DNA from: the human T2T-CHM13v2.0 reference genome, Homo sapiens
NCBI RefSeq assembly: GCF_009914755.1
Contig: NC_060928.1
Length of the DNA: 64,000 bases
Strand: one strand, 5' to 3'
Shown one piece after another: positions 1 through 14,688 of this stretch. Position 1 is the stretch's first letter, and each line of letters begins with the position of its first letter. The notes below the pieces were generated by a model, which saw nothing but the letters and a program-made list of their open reading frames with translations, was not told the origin of the DNA and did not search any database. Position numbers and translations under genes: made by a program.

Positions 1-33
1 TGGGATTACAGGCGTGAGCCACCGCGCCCAGCC
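1..33 (-). mobile_element. Alu 5' end (cut by window edge)
   Basis: tgggattacaggcgtgagccaccgcgcccagcc is the reverse complement of the Alu 5' end. Confidence 0.9.
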
Positions 34-2158
34 CTCATTCTCTTCTTGATTCACCCAAGTGGGAGAAGTAAGCATGAGCAGTGAACTCTTCTCTCATATA
101 TGCCACTGGCATACCTGTAGAACTCCTCTACGATGGTAGTTTCCTAATCAAAGAAGGCATCAAATAATCAAATGATGACTCAAGGGGCAACTTTCTATTG
201 GAGAAATATCTTCTTCCAAGGTAATTTCAGGGTAATTTTCTGAAAAGATGTTCAAGAATGAGTGAGGAAAATCTCAGTTTCTAATTTTGCCACCACATGA
301 CCATTTTTCTCTTTTTGATAAATTACTTTCATCTCTGTGCATTGTTTTATTTTTTGATTTTCTCTAAATATTAGTTTGAATATCTGATGAGGGCTGGACA
401 CAGTATACCTTTTTAGAAGATAGTACTTTACATGGGAATATTTATGGTACTCATAGTTTCCTGGGTCTCCTGGCTAAGAAAATTCTACTTTAAGTATCAC
501 TCATTTACCAACAAGGAAAGAAAAAAAAAGAAAAATCCCTGGAAAATTCTTGGTTTCCTCTACTGAAACCACAGGGATGTAGGAAGAAATAAAAATCTTT
601 GAAACTGCTTTAACTTTTTTTTTTTTTTTAAAGTTGAAGTCTGCTTTGTGGTGTGTGTGTGAAAGCAAGATTCTGCAGTCAATGACTTTTTCCCAGGATG
701 TTTTCTTTTTCTTTTTCTTTCTTTTTTTTTTTTGGAGAAGATGACGTTTCTCCAGATGTTTTTGGGGTAATTATTTTTAAATAAACAAAGGAAAAAATAG
801 TTGAGTGTTTTTTTTTTCACTCTAAAGCAGGGCAATATAGCATCTTAGAGCAATCCATACACTAATAATACACATACTAATAATATTATGTTCAGTGTAG
901 CACATGCTTATTCTGATCTTTTGGTTGTGCTGACTGTGGAGAGGCGTACTATGTGGCTTGACTCTGTACTATACATCTTTTCATATCAGTGTCCCCTTTC
1001 ATAATTATTCTGTGTCTGTGTGAGGCTCAGGATTGCAATCACATGACAAAGCACAGGGGACAAAGGACATGTCACCCAGTCAGTTCTCCAAAACATGAGA
1101 TTTTTCAAGAGGAAACAGCCAGACTCTGATACTCAGGCAAGAGCTTGCTATCTTTTCCCATCAAAGGTCAGCAGAGGACATGGTTGTTACATCACTACAA
1201 TTCTTTCTACATGAAGTTTTCCATTTATTTAGATAAGAAGAATGTGATTAGAGAGCTTTCTGAAATTCCCTCTAGATATCAGACATCTGGAATTTCCTTG
1301 AGAGATCTGCCCATTAGTTGAATCACTTGTGTACTTAAAAAATGCTCAGTAGTAAGAGATCTTGCACTTAAAATGTAGACCTTTCAACTAAATTCCTGTA
1401 AGAAAATAAAAATATCACAGTGGCTCAAACATTTGATGAAAAGTGATGTCACCTTTATCCTCTCATTTGTCATCTCAAATGCCACTTAAGTATGGCTCTT
1501 AAAGGAGCCTGACACTTGTCCTAACGGATAGTGTCTCACTCTCAAACTCAGTCAATGAGCAGACATCTGATGACAGTACATCTCTAGCATCTGCTTCTAA
1601 TATTTAAGACTTAAATAGGTACCAAGCATTCTGCTTGGTATTGATGTGCATTATCTTTTACAACTATTATCTCCATTTTACAGATCAGGACATAACGGTA
1701 TAGAGAAATTAGACAGAGGACCAGTTTTCCAACAGAGTGCTATGTAGCTTCCACTAAGACCAAAAGCCTCCTTCTACTGAGCACTTAATAAGTATGTAGG
1801 GCCGAGCTAAGCACTTTTCAAATATTATCTTTTCTACTGTAGGGTAAAATGTTACCTTTTCTAAACTAGTCTTAATAGTTTTCTAAGGAAGCTGTTAAGC
1901 TGGATATATATAAACTAAAGTAAAACTCCTGGTAATTATCTAATGAAATAAGATTCTCAACATAAATATGTTTTGAACTTCAGGGCTGAAAAATTATAAA
2001 CATAATACTTAACCTGCATTATTTTTTCCATTTCCTTTAAATATAACCAGAGTATGTTATGGGACCTTGACCATCAAATTTTGCTGTGGCTTTAACTTAA
2101 AAAAAGACAGCCCTACAATTAAAAGAAAACATTTTCTTGCTTTACTGGGAAAGTCTTA

Positions 2159-2311
<153 letters not shown>

Positions 2312-2988
2312 TTATATTACCTCTTTTCAGTAATCTTTTTTTTCCCCTCAGTGCTTTACATACATACTTCTCTATAGTCACAAAGGACTAACCCTAGAAT
2401 CCTATTCTTCAGGGAATTAGTTGTCCTTTGTCATTCAGAATGGGATCACCACAAATGTCACTTATCAACAGGAAAAGCTGAAATGCCTCAATAAATTAAT
2501 AATCTGTCCACCTATAGTAAGTATTGCTAATTCTTAATTATTATGTGAAATAATCATAATAAACTTTAAATAATTTTTTTTTCCTCTTTTAATTCCCTGC
2601 AGATTCTGTTCACTCTCTGCTATCAGTTGCTGTGTCCTTAAGGAATGCAGACAATGTTAATTCAAGCAAAACAATAGAAAGAAAATGATTTGAAATGAAA
2701 ACTTGGCTTTAAAAAGTTACATAATATACTCTCAAGCTAAATATAGGTTATTTTTTAGTATCTGCTATGAGTATTATCATTAATACTGTTCCCCTTCATT
2801 CGCAAAAAACACAAGTTAAAATTATCATCAGCTGTATTTTCCTAGAACTCTCAGTACTCTAAATAGGTTTTACAACAAACACAAAAATCATCATTTTGTT
2901 ATTCCTCACAGAGAACTAGGACAGTTTTCAGTGTTGATAATCCTTGTGACCTTCCCTACCCCAAAATAAGTTTACATGATTTCTTACA

Positions 2989-3204
2989 CTGGTTGAGTAT
3001 CCCTAATCTGAAATCCAAAATGCTTCCAAATCTGAAGCTCTTGGAGCACCAATAAGTCTCAAAGGAAATACTCATTGGAATATTTTGGATCTTCAGATTA
3101 GGTATATTCAACCAGTAAGTATAATGCAAATATTCCAAAGTCTGAAAAAAATCTGAAGTCCAAAACACTTCTTGTCCCATTTCGGATAAGGGATACTCAA
3201 CCTA
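2989..3204. mobile_element. Tigger4/Zombi-type (MER46-like) MITE
   Basis: Terminal inverted repeats ggttgagtatccctaatctgaaat ... atttcggataagggatactcaacc. Confidence 0.75.
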
Positions 3205-3949
3205 CACGTGTTTGCTAAGGTAGGAAAATACTACTATTGTATTTAATTGCACCTCACTTCTTTAATAACAATCACTTCTTTTAGATTTAGCCAGTTAAAA
3301 TGTGCACCCTATGAAAGTAGAGACAGAGAATAACATTTTAAGAATTTATTTACAAAAAGAAAAAGGCAGGGAAGCTCTGAATTAAAAACAGTTATATGAT
3401 GGATGCCTGGAATCACTTACCTAGAATAACTAGTCGATTCCCACTGAAGTTAGAATCTAAGGACAGAGATATGGATAAAATTTGGCCTGGAAAGGAACGA
3501 ATTACTTGAACGTTTTCTGCATTGATCTTCCTTTTAAACAGTCTCTGGTCAATGTATATGAAACCAAAACCCTTTCTATGAAACAGTACTTACAAAATTT
3601 ACTGAGTGCTCCAGAGAAAATGCGATACAGACCCCTAACTTATCAATGAAGCAAGTTCAGGAACTAGGTGGTTTTTGAGGAATTCTACTATGGAGCAGGT
3701 TGAATGTGAACAAGAGAAATGTGATACTTTTTCTTACTTTTTCTTAATAAGGCAGTGTTTTCCTCAGAAGGAAATATTTATTTGCCCAAAGACTATTTAC
3801 GTGCAACATGAAGTTATTTTGAAGGTTTTCTAATATGCCATATATATCATATATGGAAGAAAATTAGCAACGAAGTAGTTTTGCCAGATTAGTCCTCTTT
3901 AATTAACGAAATATAACTTATTATGTAAGTGGCAGCAAATATTATTTTA

Positions 3950-4412
<463 letters not shown>

Positions 4413-7400
4413 GCTAATTAAATTGATATAAAACACAAGACATCCCTAAGAAGGGTATTTTTGGCAGGGTAGGGCACTGGGTAGGTTTTTTTTTTTTTTA
4501 ATAAAAGGTCCATGTGTCCATGTGCCATTTCCATGTGTCACCAACTAGGAGAGTCCAAAGGTTCACATAGGTATGAATTCACCATTTGAGAGCCATAAAA
4601 GCGGCCACTCCCAAGTTCTTCCCATGCTCTCATGTTGTATATCCGTGAAGGTATTTAGTGCAAGGCCCTGGGGGTGGACTAGTAACAAGGTATATAGCAC
4701 ATGTCCGAGGACAAATTGGAGCTACAAGACAATGCCGTCATTAGCTCTTTGTCCTTTTAAATTATACTTATTCAGGTAGTTACTGCCTGGTTACAAAGAA
4801 GTAATTAAAAAAAAAATGTGCCAAATAAAGCCCTGGGGTCCATATAAAAAACACTTTAAAAGATGGCCGGGGGCAGGATAGACTTCAGCAAGTCTCAAGA
4901 GTTGGGTTTAATTCAACTTCTAAGTGGTGTATTAAATAAAATCCCCAGAGACTCATGGGCCCTAAACATGGTCTGTGTTAGCATCAGAATCTGCCTCTCT
5001 TCAAATCTGAGTGATTTACTATACTTTTGGGGATTTGTAAAATAAATATGTGATTCTCCCTACATGTATCACTGGAGTTGCTTCAAACACAAAGAACATT
5101 GCCCTGGGAAATGGAAAAAGTACCAGGGAAAAGAATGTTGCTTTGACAATATTCAACACAATACGATTAGCTACAGAAGTAGGCCAAAAACAAGGTTTCT
5201 TCATTGTCGGTAGAAACTGCTTATAAAGAACTTGGTGGGAAATCAATGCTTCCATATCCTCCCTTTTCAGGTCATTTTATTCCTGTTCTATTGCTCAGTT
5301 TACAGGAAATTCTGATAACAAAGAACACTAATGTCTCCTAACCTTTTTACCCACTGAGTTGCCATATTCCAAGCGGAGGATTTCTGTGTGCCTAAGATTG
5401 AATGTGTTCACCCCAAGCATACTGCAGCTTCTTACACCATTTTTTCATATCTGAATAGAGTCTGTCAGGAAGGTGATGGATGAATCTTACTGGGAGACTA
5501 ATCTTACTGAGAGACTTTTAAGTAAGATCTATAAACTCTCTTTGATATGTTTAGAAAATATGTTGCAGAAAATTACTGGTGATTAATTAAAGCAGCAAGA
5601 AAAAAAACAGGAAAACCCAGAAATTTAAACTTTGGATATATCTTTTTACTAATCATAAATGTACAGATATAATTAAATATATAATACCATATATTGTGAA
5701 ACAATGACCAAAATGACTCTATGAAACATAATTCCTAATGGACTACTCTATTTTCCTTTTATTAAGACGGACCTAATAGAATTGGATAACCCAATGGACA
5801 AAGTAGTTAGTACCTATATTTAAGTACAGTTTTAGATTCTGTTACCAGGATGTTCTCAACAGCATACAAGAAAATTATGGTCATATCTGGTAAGTTCTCA
5901 GTGGATATGCTGGACACCATTAAAATTTGTAAGACAGTATTTTGTACAGGACTACTGAGTACTTATTTGCAGTTTGGATGACTCTACAGAGCATGTTCAA
6001 TACGTTGAATCAGTCTCTAACAATTATGGAAGGTTTCCTGAGTGGTGAACTCAAGATGCCACCGGAGAAAAAGAAGAAACAGAAAACAGCTTAGCTCCTG
6101 CTTCAAGAAACTCAATCAGTAGTGAAAAATAACAAAATTGCATATATAAAGGAAATAAGTAAATAAACATAAAATTGAGAGCAAGTTTATACATTGCCAA
6201 ATAGCAATTGAAGCAGCATGAAGTCAAGCCTAGGGTTCTCTTACAAACAGATATTCTTAAGTCAGGCTCTGAAGAAGAGAAATGTTTGTTGTGGTAGAGA
6301 GTGGAACAGACATTATTCAGGGAGGAATGAGATGTAAAAGATAAAAAGTGAAAATAAGCACAGCACATGCAGATTGGCTTGAGCAGAATGAAGAATCTGT
6401 TTCAGAGATCAGCAAGAGGCAATGGTTACAGTCATTATAGGAGAATAACTAAAGATTTAGAAGCCATGCAGAGAACATGAAGATCTTTCAATATGAAATA
6501 TTCTTAGTCACAACAGCTTCATGATGTTAACATCCTCTCTAGCATTAACATTTTTATTTCATCATCCTAAAATTATACTGACAATAATATCTGAAAGAAA
6601 CAAAACAGAAGAGGCACTAAGGAAGGAAGGCCAGCCAGAATGATGGCAATGTTCAAGTTTGATGTTGGCCAGAATTAGAATAATAGTTATTCAACCAGAA
6701 AAGGTAGGATGATGAATCAGACATTAAGAGGAAATATTTTCCTCATGGATAAAAACCCAACAACTGGTAAGAATAAAGATTTCTACAGAAACTTTGAGTG
6801 ATTATCTTCATTACCTAACCCTCAAATGCTATCTAAAGGCCAAAGAGAAATAAATCAACTTATATGAATTTCATTTAAAAGTACAAGAATCACATTCCTC
6901 TACTCTAGCCAAGTCCTTTCAACAGAATCATTATTAGTTTCAAGAATGGGAGTACTCAGGAATGGAAAAGGATTTGAGATACTATATAGGTTTATAAAGT
7001 CCTGTAACTAGCAAGAAGCAGAAGTGAGATTCACATAGAACTTCTGGCTCCAAATGAGATCTTCATCTCATCAATAGATACGGCTTTAAAAAAAGAGCCT
7101 TATGACCTACTATTGAGAAATTTGATGAGTGATGTAACCAGTCAAACTTGGCCTAAGAATGGGATAACTGACATGGACTCTACACCTGTTTGTTAAACAG
7201 AATATTATAGATAAGTACATACATACACATGCATACAAATAGATAATCACAGATGCACGTATAATTCTCGTAAGACTCCCATGGGGAGAATAATACCATT
7301 ACCCCTAATAACAGAAAAGGAAACTGAGAATATGAGTGATTAATTGCCCAACGAAAAAAGAGCTAACCAGTAGCAGAGGTATGACTCAAAAATCCATGAT

Positions 7401-8608
7401 CTTTCTACTCTACCATGCTGTCCCAATTTCTTCATTTGTAAAATGGGGATAACAGTAATCCCAGTAACAGCCTTTCTAGAGAACTTGTTGAAATAATTAA
7501 ATGGCATGATATCCCTTAATCAACGCACTCTAACAAGAGTAAAGTATTATTAGGTAAGAGTCTATGGACAATTGTTCTTTATTTTCACCTAAGAAAGAGT
7601 AACATAAACTTTGGTTAAATTCAGGAAGAACCAGATTTGGGCCTCCAATAATACCATAAATGACAATGTATTAATCTTAGCTATATTCACTCTTAGTTTT
7701 CATTTCTGTGAAGCCTTTGAGAGCAGGGACAACTCATCGCTGAAATGTGCCCCTGGCAGAGTCCTGAATTAATACAATGCTAAATAGTGGAGGCCTTCAA
7801 GATATTTAAATTTTCAGATAGGAAATCTGTACAAGGAGACTAGACATTCAACTGATCAGAAAAAGTAATTTTTAAAGGCAAGATTACTGAATTCTTTTTT
7901 TTAAATAGTCCTTTCTGCTGCTTCTTATTCTTTGATGCTATATATTATAATACATAGCCATTATGAAACAACGGAATTCCCTAGTATCTCCAAACTGATA
8001 TTAGAAGATATTTAAGTTTTTCTATTTTCTGAGAAGTGAATAAGGTAAGCAACAGAGGTTAAAATCAGTTTTCATCTTCACCCATATGGGTGACCCTGTT
8101 CCAACTAAAAGCTTGGCCTCCCATCAGGCCCCTTTATTTCCTCCTTCATTTTCAAAGGAGTTCACTCTGCTTCGGTCCTTCCCTGTACACTATTGTTATA
8201 ACCATTGCAGTGAGATCATGCTACTTCTCTGCATAAAATTCCTGTGACTCACCATTGTTTTCAGGGTAAAATCCAAATTCATCTGTACGGCTTACAAGGT
8301 TCCGTATCATTTGCTTCTCACCTTCTTCCATTGCTTCTCTTGCCATTCTTACCCCTCAACAGTACTCCTGGCCCTCACCCCCAATCTCTGCTGTCATGCC
8401 TTTGAACATCCTGCTCCTATTTTTAGGAACACTCTCCCTTAGTCTTCACCCTGATACTTGATACATGCTAGGAGCCCATTAAATGTCTTTTTGATAATGA
8501 TAATTTTTCTTTAAAAGTCTCGGGTATATATTAGGTGACAGTATATTAATCACTAAAATGTAAAAATCCCTATTCCATATTTGCATTCAAAACCAATTCT
8601 CTCTCTTA

Positions 8609-8842
<234 letters not shown>

Positions 8843-11800
8843 TTAATTAAAGCAGCAGTGATTTGCAAGGTTTTCTTGTTTTGCTGCAGAGAAATAGCAT
8901 ATTGTGGCTTTTTTTTCCTTTTTAATGAAAGACACTAGAAACCTTTTTGTACAGTGGCAACTCCACTCTCTGCATTTTTAAAACTGAGCCACATAAGGGT
9001 AATTAATATGGTTCAAAGTAGGCTAAGTGGAGAAAAGGGAGTTGTCACCCTTAGACTGTACCTGGAACAGTGAGCAACACTAAGAACTCCTCTAGTGATC
9101 TGGCTCCTTTATACCTCCCCAGTCTTATTCACTCAAAAGAAATTTATAATTTATTGAGTAAATATTCTGGAACCATCCCAGTGCTCTGGGCTGCAAATCA
9201 TCTGGTAAGAAGGGTAATGATAATGTTCTAAGCATTTTATGGTTAGTTCTCAGGACAGCCTTATGAAGTGGACACTCTAGCTCCATTTTTCAAGTACAGG
9301 AACTTAAGCACAAAGAGGTTAATTTTCTTGCCAGTGGCAGCCCAGCTAGTTAAGGAATGAGGATGCCAGGCCTCCAGTCCAGGAAGACTATCCTGTGCCC
9401 AGACTAGCAGAACCTGCCTCCCACCATACTTGCCTCACACAAGCCTGATCATAAGAATCACCTGGGTGCCTATTAAAAAACATTCATTTGGACCAAGGAG
9501 CCCTGGCTCCCTCAGACTGAGCAGAGCGCACAGGCTCCTCTCCTAGATGTTTTGCTGGGCCCTGTGGGATGGGAATTTAAAGGAACCTCCACTCCTCTGA
9601 CCTTGGACCATTTACCCTGTCAGCACTTTGTTAACTGTTTTAGCTAGATCAGGCTATTAACTGGACCAACGGAGGCCTTTACGTGGTTTGAAGTAGAGGG
9701 AAGAAAAATTAAATTTCAGCCAGGTTCTCAAACCCCTTAAGTTTCCTATGAGTATCTGAGATAGCACTACTTTGCTTTTGGGAAGTCAAAAGGTCAAAAT
9801 AATAAAATCTTATGGAGCAATCTAAAGTAGATTTCCCTACAAATCTGAAGGCACTTGCACATTCTCCTTTTTATTCTGGACTTCAGATTTCACTTACATA
9901 TACCAGACTTGTTTAAACTTTCCATGAATGTCACCCTCTTCATTCAAGCTAAGAATTTTTTCCCAAGACCAAAACTGACCAGAAAATATGCATTCTGTTA
10001 AGTCAATTCCATAGGCTAATGTGTGGGCCGAAATAGGGGAAGAAAGAAGGATTTAAAATGTTTAGATAAAGGGCTTAGTTGTTTATTCCAGCCTCCAACA
10101 TCAGAGATGGAGCGGTAACTCAAGTTTGGGAAGTGTGGAGGTGGGGAAAAGCCCACCTTTTAACTCAAAGCAGATAACAGCTGCTTTCCTTAAAATACAG
10201 TGCAATGGACAGGAGAACAGATGTTTTTTCCTTAGGGCATCATTATTCTTACAGCAGGAAGTTTTCTTTCTTTCCTTTCACAAAGAACATTCTAAAAGCT
10301 ACAGGATGGAAGCCAGCATAGCTTGTGCCTCTTTCCATTATCTACTGTAATTCCTAATCTCTCTCTCTACTAAGAGAAAAGAATCTTTTCTTTTGATTGT
10401 TTGGTCACACCACACTACAACTCAAACATTCTGAGCTGACCCAGTGGGGACATGCAAACATTTTCCATAAGAGCCTTGTGGTCAGTGATATACAGGTTCA
10501 GAATTCTGGGATCTATTATTAACAAGCCATGAGAAGTCAGAAATCCTTTCAAGCTCTTGTACTCTGCTTCTTTGACCATCACAAGAGAATTCAACTTTCT
10601 GTTTAACTTAGAAAGGCTTGGGATAAAGGTGATTTTAAGTAAAACATAATTACCTATTATTTTTACTTATCACATTGTAGGATAAAATATTGTACATTTT
10701 ACTAATAGCAGGAAATAAATTTACTAAGCAGGGAATAAAGTATGTGGTATTTCTGGCATAGGATGTATATACAGTTCCAGATTTTCACAGTTTCTTGTTT
10801 TAGTGACTTTTATTCATTAGAATTAGCAAATTTAGATTTCTGAGTTTGATTTTCTTCAGGGGATTTTATTATTGCATTACGGTTTTGAAGCCTAACAGAA
10901 AGAACATATTTTACAGAGTCTGTAAAACAATAAGGTACTATAAATATAAATATGTATATGTATTTTTATGGTTGGGTAATCCAATTCAAAACCACTGGAA
11001 CTGTGATACCACCTAATACCACCCAATATTGCTTATTTATATGAGAGCACAATGTCTCTGAATTCTTGGACAAAACAGTTAGTTTAGATATTAGTGTTTA
11101 ATTCAAATATGGTTAAGCTCTTACAGGACTATGGTTTTAATGTCAAATTAACCAAATATGGAATGCAAAAAAAAATAAAAAAACAAAGCTCATTGGGTTA
11201 AAGATTCAATCTGACAAACAATTTGATGGTATATGTATTCTTCTGAGTTCTTCAATTGTATCTGCCACTCAAACTAATAAACTAGTGGGCCTCTAGTGAC
11301 TCTTTAAAGGAATTATATCATAAGTCTTTTTATGATCCTTTTCTAATACCATGGCCCTCTTTTCACCATTCTTGCAAAAATTAAAAATTAAAAAAAATTC
11401 AACTCTGGACATGAAAAGTCACTAAGAGTGGAACGAGAGTTAATCTTTGAGTGCAGGAATGTCTTGAGTTAAAGCAGTAGTGAGAGTTATAAAAATATTT
11501 TAATTTTGCAGTGACCTTAAAACTAATTGTTCTAAATACCATCTAACTGATGAGCTAAATAGTAAACTGATGTGCAGCTGACAAAATGCTAGATCAACTA
11601 CCATATTTACATTTCAGCATGAGATGATGATCAGAAACAGAAACTTAAAAGGAAGGTGAAGCAAGTGATAAAAAGGAATGTCGGCTATTGGGGGTGCTAG
11701 TCCAGATGTTCCACTGACTTTGTCACCCTGAACAAGATGTTCAATCTCTCTGCCTGCTTTTTTGAACGTGTAAAAGAAGGAAGTTGGAGTAGACTATCTC

Positions 11801-12469
11801 TAAGGTTTAACATTCTCTGATATATTAATACATTTATCTCTGTATCCACAGGGCTCAAGCACCTCTTACTGCCTCCTCACTCTGGAACCAAATGCCTTAC
11901 TGTAAGTGGCATCTAGATCTTGCCAGTGACTTTCCTGTACAGGGCCTAAACTCAATCTCTGGTTTTCTCAGCATTTAAGGTACATGGACAGGTGCACCTT
12001 GGCAGTTAAGATTATGTTGTATTTTTCATGCTCGATTCCATACACATCACTTTGGTCCTGCTTCCTCACAGGTAGGAGGAGGGATATTTCACAGCTCCTG
12101 GCTTAAATGGAGGACACTAGCCTCTACTGGGTTAAAGTAGTGGAGGGTTAGACTCAATATGTGGTAGCCTCTCTTCTTATTGCAATAATGTTCTAAATTT
12201 TAAAAACTGACTTTTCTGAAATTGTCATTTTTTTTTTTCAGGGATGGGGGAAGTGTCTATGTATTTGTCATCTGTTTTTAAGGTTAATTAATAATCTCTC
12301 TCACAAGAGAGAAAAAGAAGGCTCTCTTCCAGGCCTCTTTGTTTCTCCTCTGCCTAGAATGCATATTCCCATGTTTTCACGTAGCTAATTCTTTAACTTT
12401 TTTTATGTCTCAGCTGCATCAGGGAAACATTCACTAGTCCTTGTGATAGCAAGGCTCCATTAACATCTG

Positions 12470-13620
12470 TTTCAACCTTTTTCTAGTGAGTCTTCATCTT
12501 CCGAAGAGGCTAGACAGCTAACAAAAATACATTTCCTTGACTCTCTTGCAACTTGGATTCCAGATAGATTTGGTTTCGGCAATGAGGCAAACTTGAGTGA
12601 GACTTGAATTTCAAACTAATGTAGTGACACATGGGAAACTCATTATTTTGGGGGGACGTGACTCTAGAGGGAATACTGCAGTCCTGCAGCTTGCAGTTCT
12701 GCTAGCAGCTTTCTGACTCTGGCCTATGTATGTAGAAGTTTCCATAGTGAGCCAGAACAGCAATTTTGTTCTAGGACTTATTCCTGGGATGACTTACCTA
12801 CCCTTTCCAATGATTTGAAAGTACTTAGTTAAATTCTTTTCTGCTTAAAATAGCTACAGTAGTTGCTACTACCTGCAGTTGAACCCTGTTGATGCTCTAT
12901 TTTGCAACGAAAGCATGTGTAGGCAACAGACTCTCAAAAGTTTGAATATTTGACCTGATGAGTTTGAAGGCAGAAGGGATCCGTTTCCATTAGAGCAGCA
13001 GTTCTCAAAGTTAAGTTCCTGGACCAGCAGCATCAGCATCTGGGAACTTGTTAAAAATGCAAATTCTTGGGTCCCAACACAGACCTACTGAATCAGAAAC
13101 CCTGGGAGTGGGGCTCAGCAATCTGCGTTACAAAAACCTTCCAGGTGATTCTGATGAATGCTGAACTTTGAGAACCACTGCATTAGGGATAGGTTATTGG
13201 TAGTAAATAGTAGTTAACAGTCATTTTAAGTGAACAGTTTAGAAAAAAATGCCTTTTTGTGGACCCAGTGGTGACTGCCATATCACAGTGTGATGGGCAG
13301 AAACTGTAAGTGGGTTGGCTGCTTCTTGCTGTGTCAGAGAGATTAAAGAAAGAAAATGAAGGGCTCTGGGCTTTAAATTTTTGGCTCAAATAATGGTCTG
13401 AAAACTAGAGAAGTTTTATGGCTTTCCTAAAACAGCCTATTTCTTGTAGTACTGATGTAGCCAAAACCCAAGTGTAGTCTTATCCTACAGGTTGGTGAAT
13501 TACAGTGTAGGTTGAAATCACAGACTTGCCACATCTCCTATGTGAAAGTTAAAGCACTGATTAGGAAGGAGTGGAGCACCAAGAAATGAAATTGAGACAT
13601 ATGAAAAGATCTGGATAATG
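12470..13620 (+). mobile_element. Ancient ERVL-class LTR (LTR16/LTR33-like) plus adjacent internal fragment, interrupted by MER5A
   Basis: LTR-like 3' end aaattcttttctgcttaaaatagctacagt...gaaccctgttgatgc, then ERVL-int-like sequence (gtgaaagttaaagcactgattaggaaggagtgg); family and boundaries approximate. Confidence 0.5.
12996..13180 (+). mobile_element. MER5A hAT-Charlie element
   Basis: cagcagttctcaaagt...tttgagaaccactg termini; 8-bp TSD cattagag/cattaggg. Confidence 0.85.
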
Positions 13621-14367
13621 ACATGTATCTTAGACCATTCACTCTAGAATATGTTTCTATGTAATTTCACAATGTTTTATACTTTACAGTCCCACCTCTT
13701 TTTCCTAATTGTAATTATACAAATTGTATAATTATCTTATATATGACTTTTTATTCACTGTTATATTTGGAGCACCTAATATAATGCCTGCATAGAATAG
13801 GGGTTAAATATTGAATGAATAAATAAATGGGTTTTTAAATCATCTAGTACCTAATCAGTTTCTCCATATTATGCAGAACTATTTCATATAAATTTAATTT
13901 GGCATAGAGCTATAGTACAGTATTCATATTAGTAATGAACTATACTATGGCGGAAACAACCAATATGTTGTGGTACATGCCTTTTTCTCTTAAAGTTCAA
14001 TTATTCAATTTATTTTCTTTTGAAAAATTTTAATAATTGAGTTTCTTCTTTCATCTGCACAACAAATACTCCATTGCTGTAATTTTTAAAAATCAGTTAC
14101 AGCTTGTCTTAATAATCATTAAGATTTGATTCTCTCACTTCCAACAACACTGAAAACCCAGGATGAGAAAGCAGTGACCAAAAAGTTTTCCAATTTTTAG
14201 CTGCTTTCGTAGGAAGTTACTGAAAATGGTGAATTCCAGATTGTTCCCCATAAGTAGAGAACTGGTTATACATTATGAATAAAAAGTTTACACTTTTTTT
14301 GTGCTTACAAAATATGACATATTTTCCCCCAGTAAGCTTTCCACCTACCTAATTCAACTTAAGCTAA

Positions 14368-14688
<321 letters not shown>

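Noticed and set aside
2570-2610. Strong plus-strand splice acceptor (ttcctcttttaattccctgcag)
   Set aside because: No matching donor or poly(A) site could be assigned from sequence alone.
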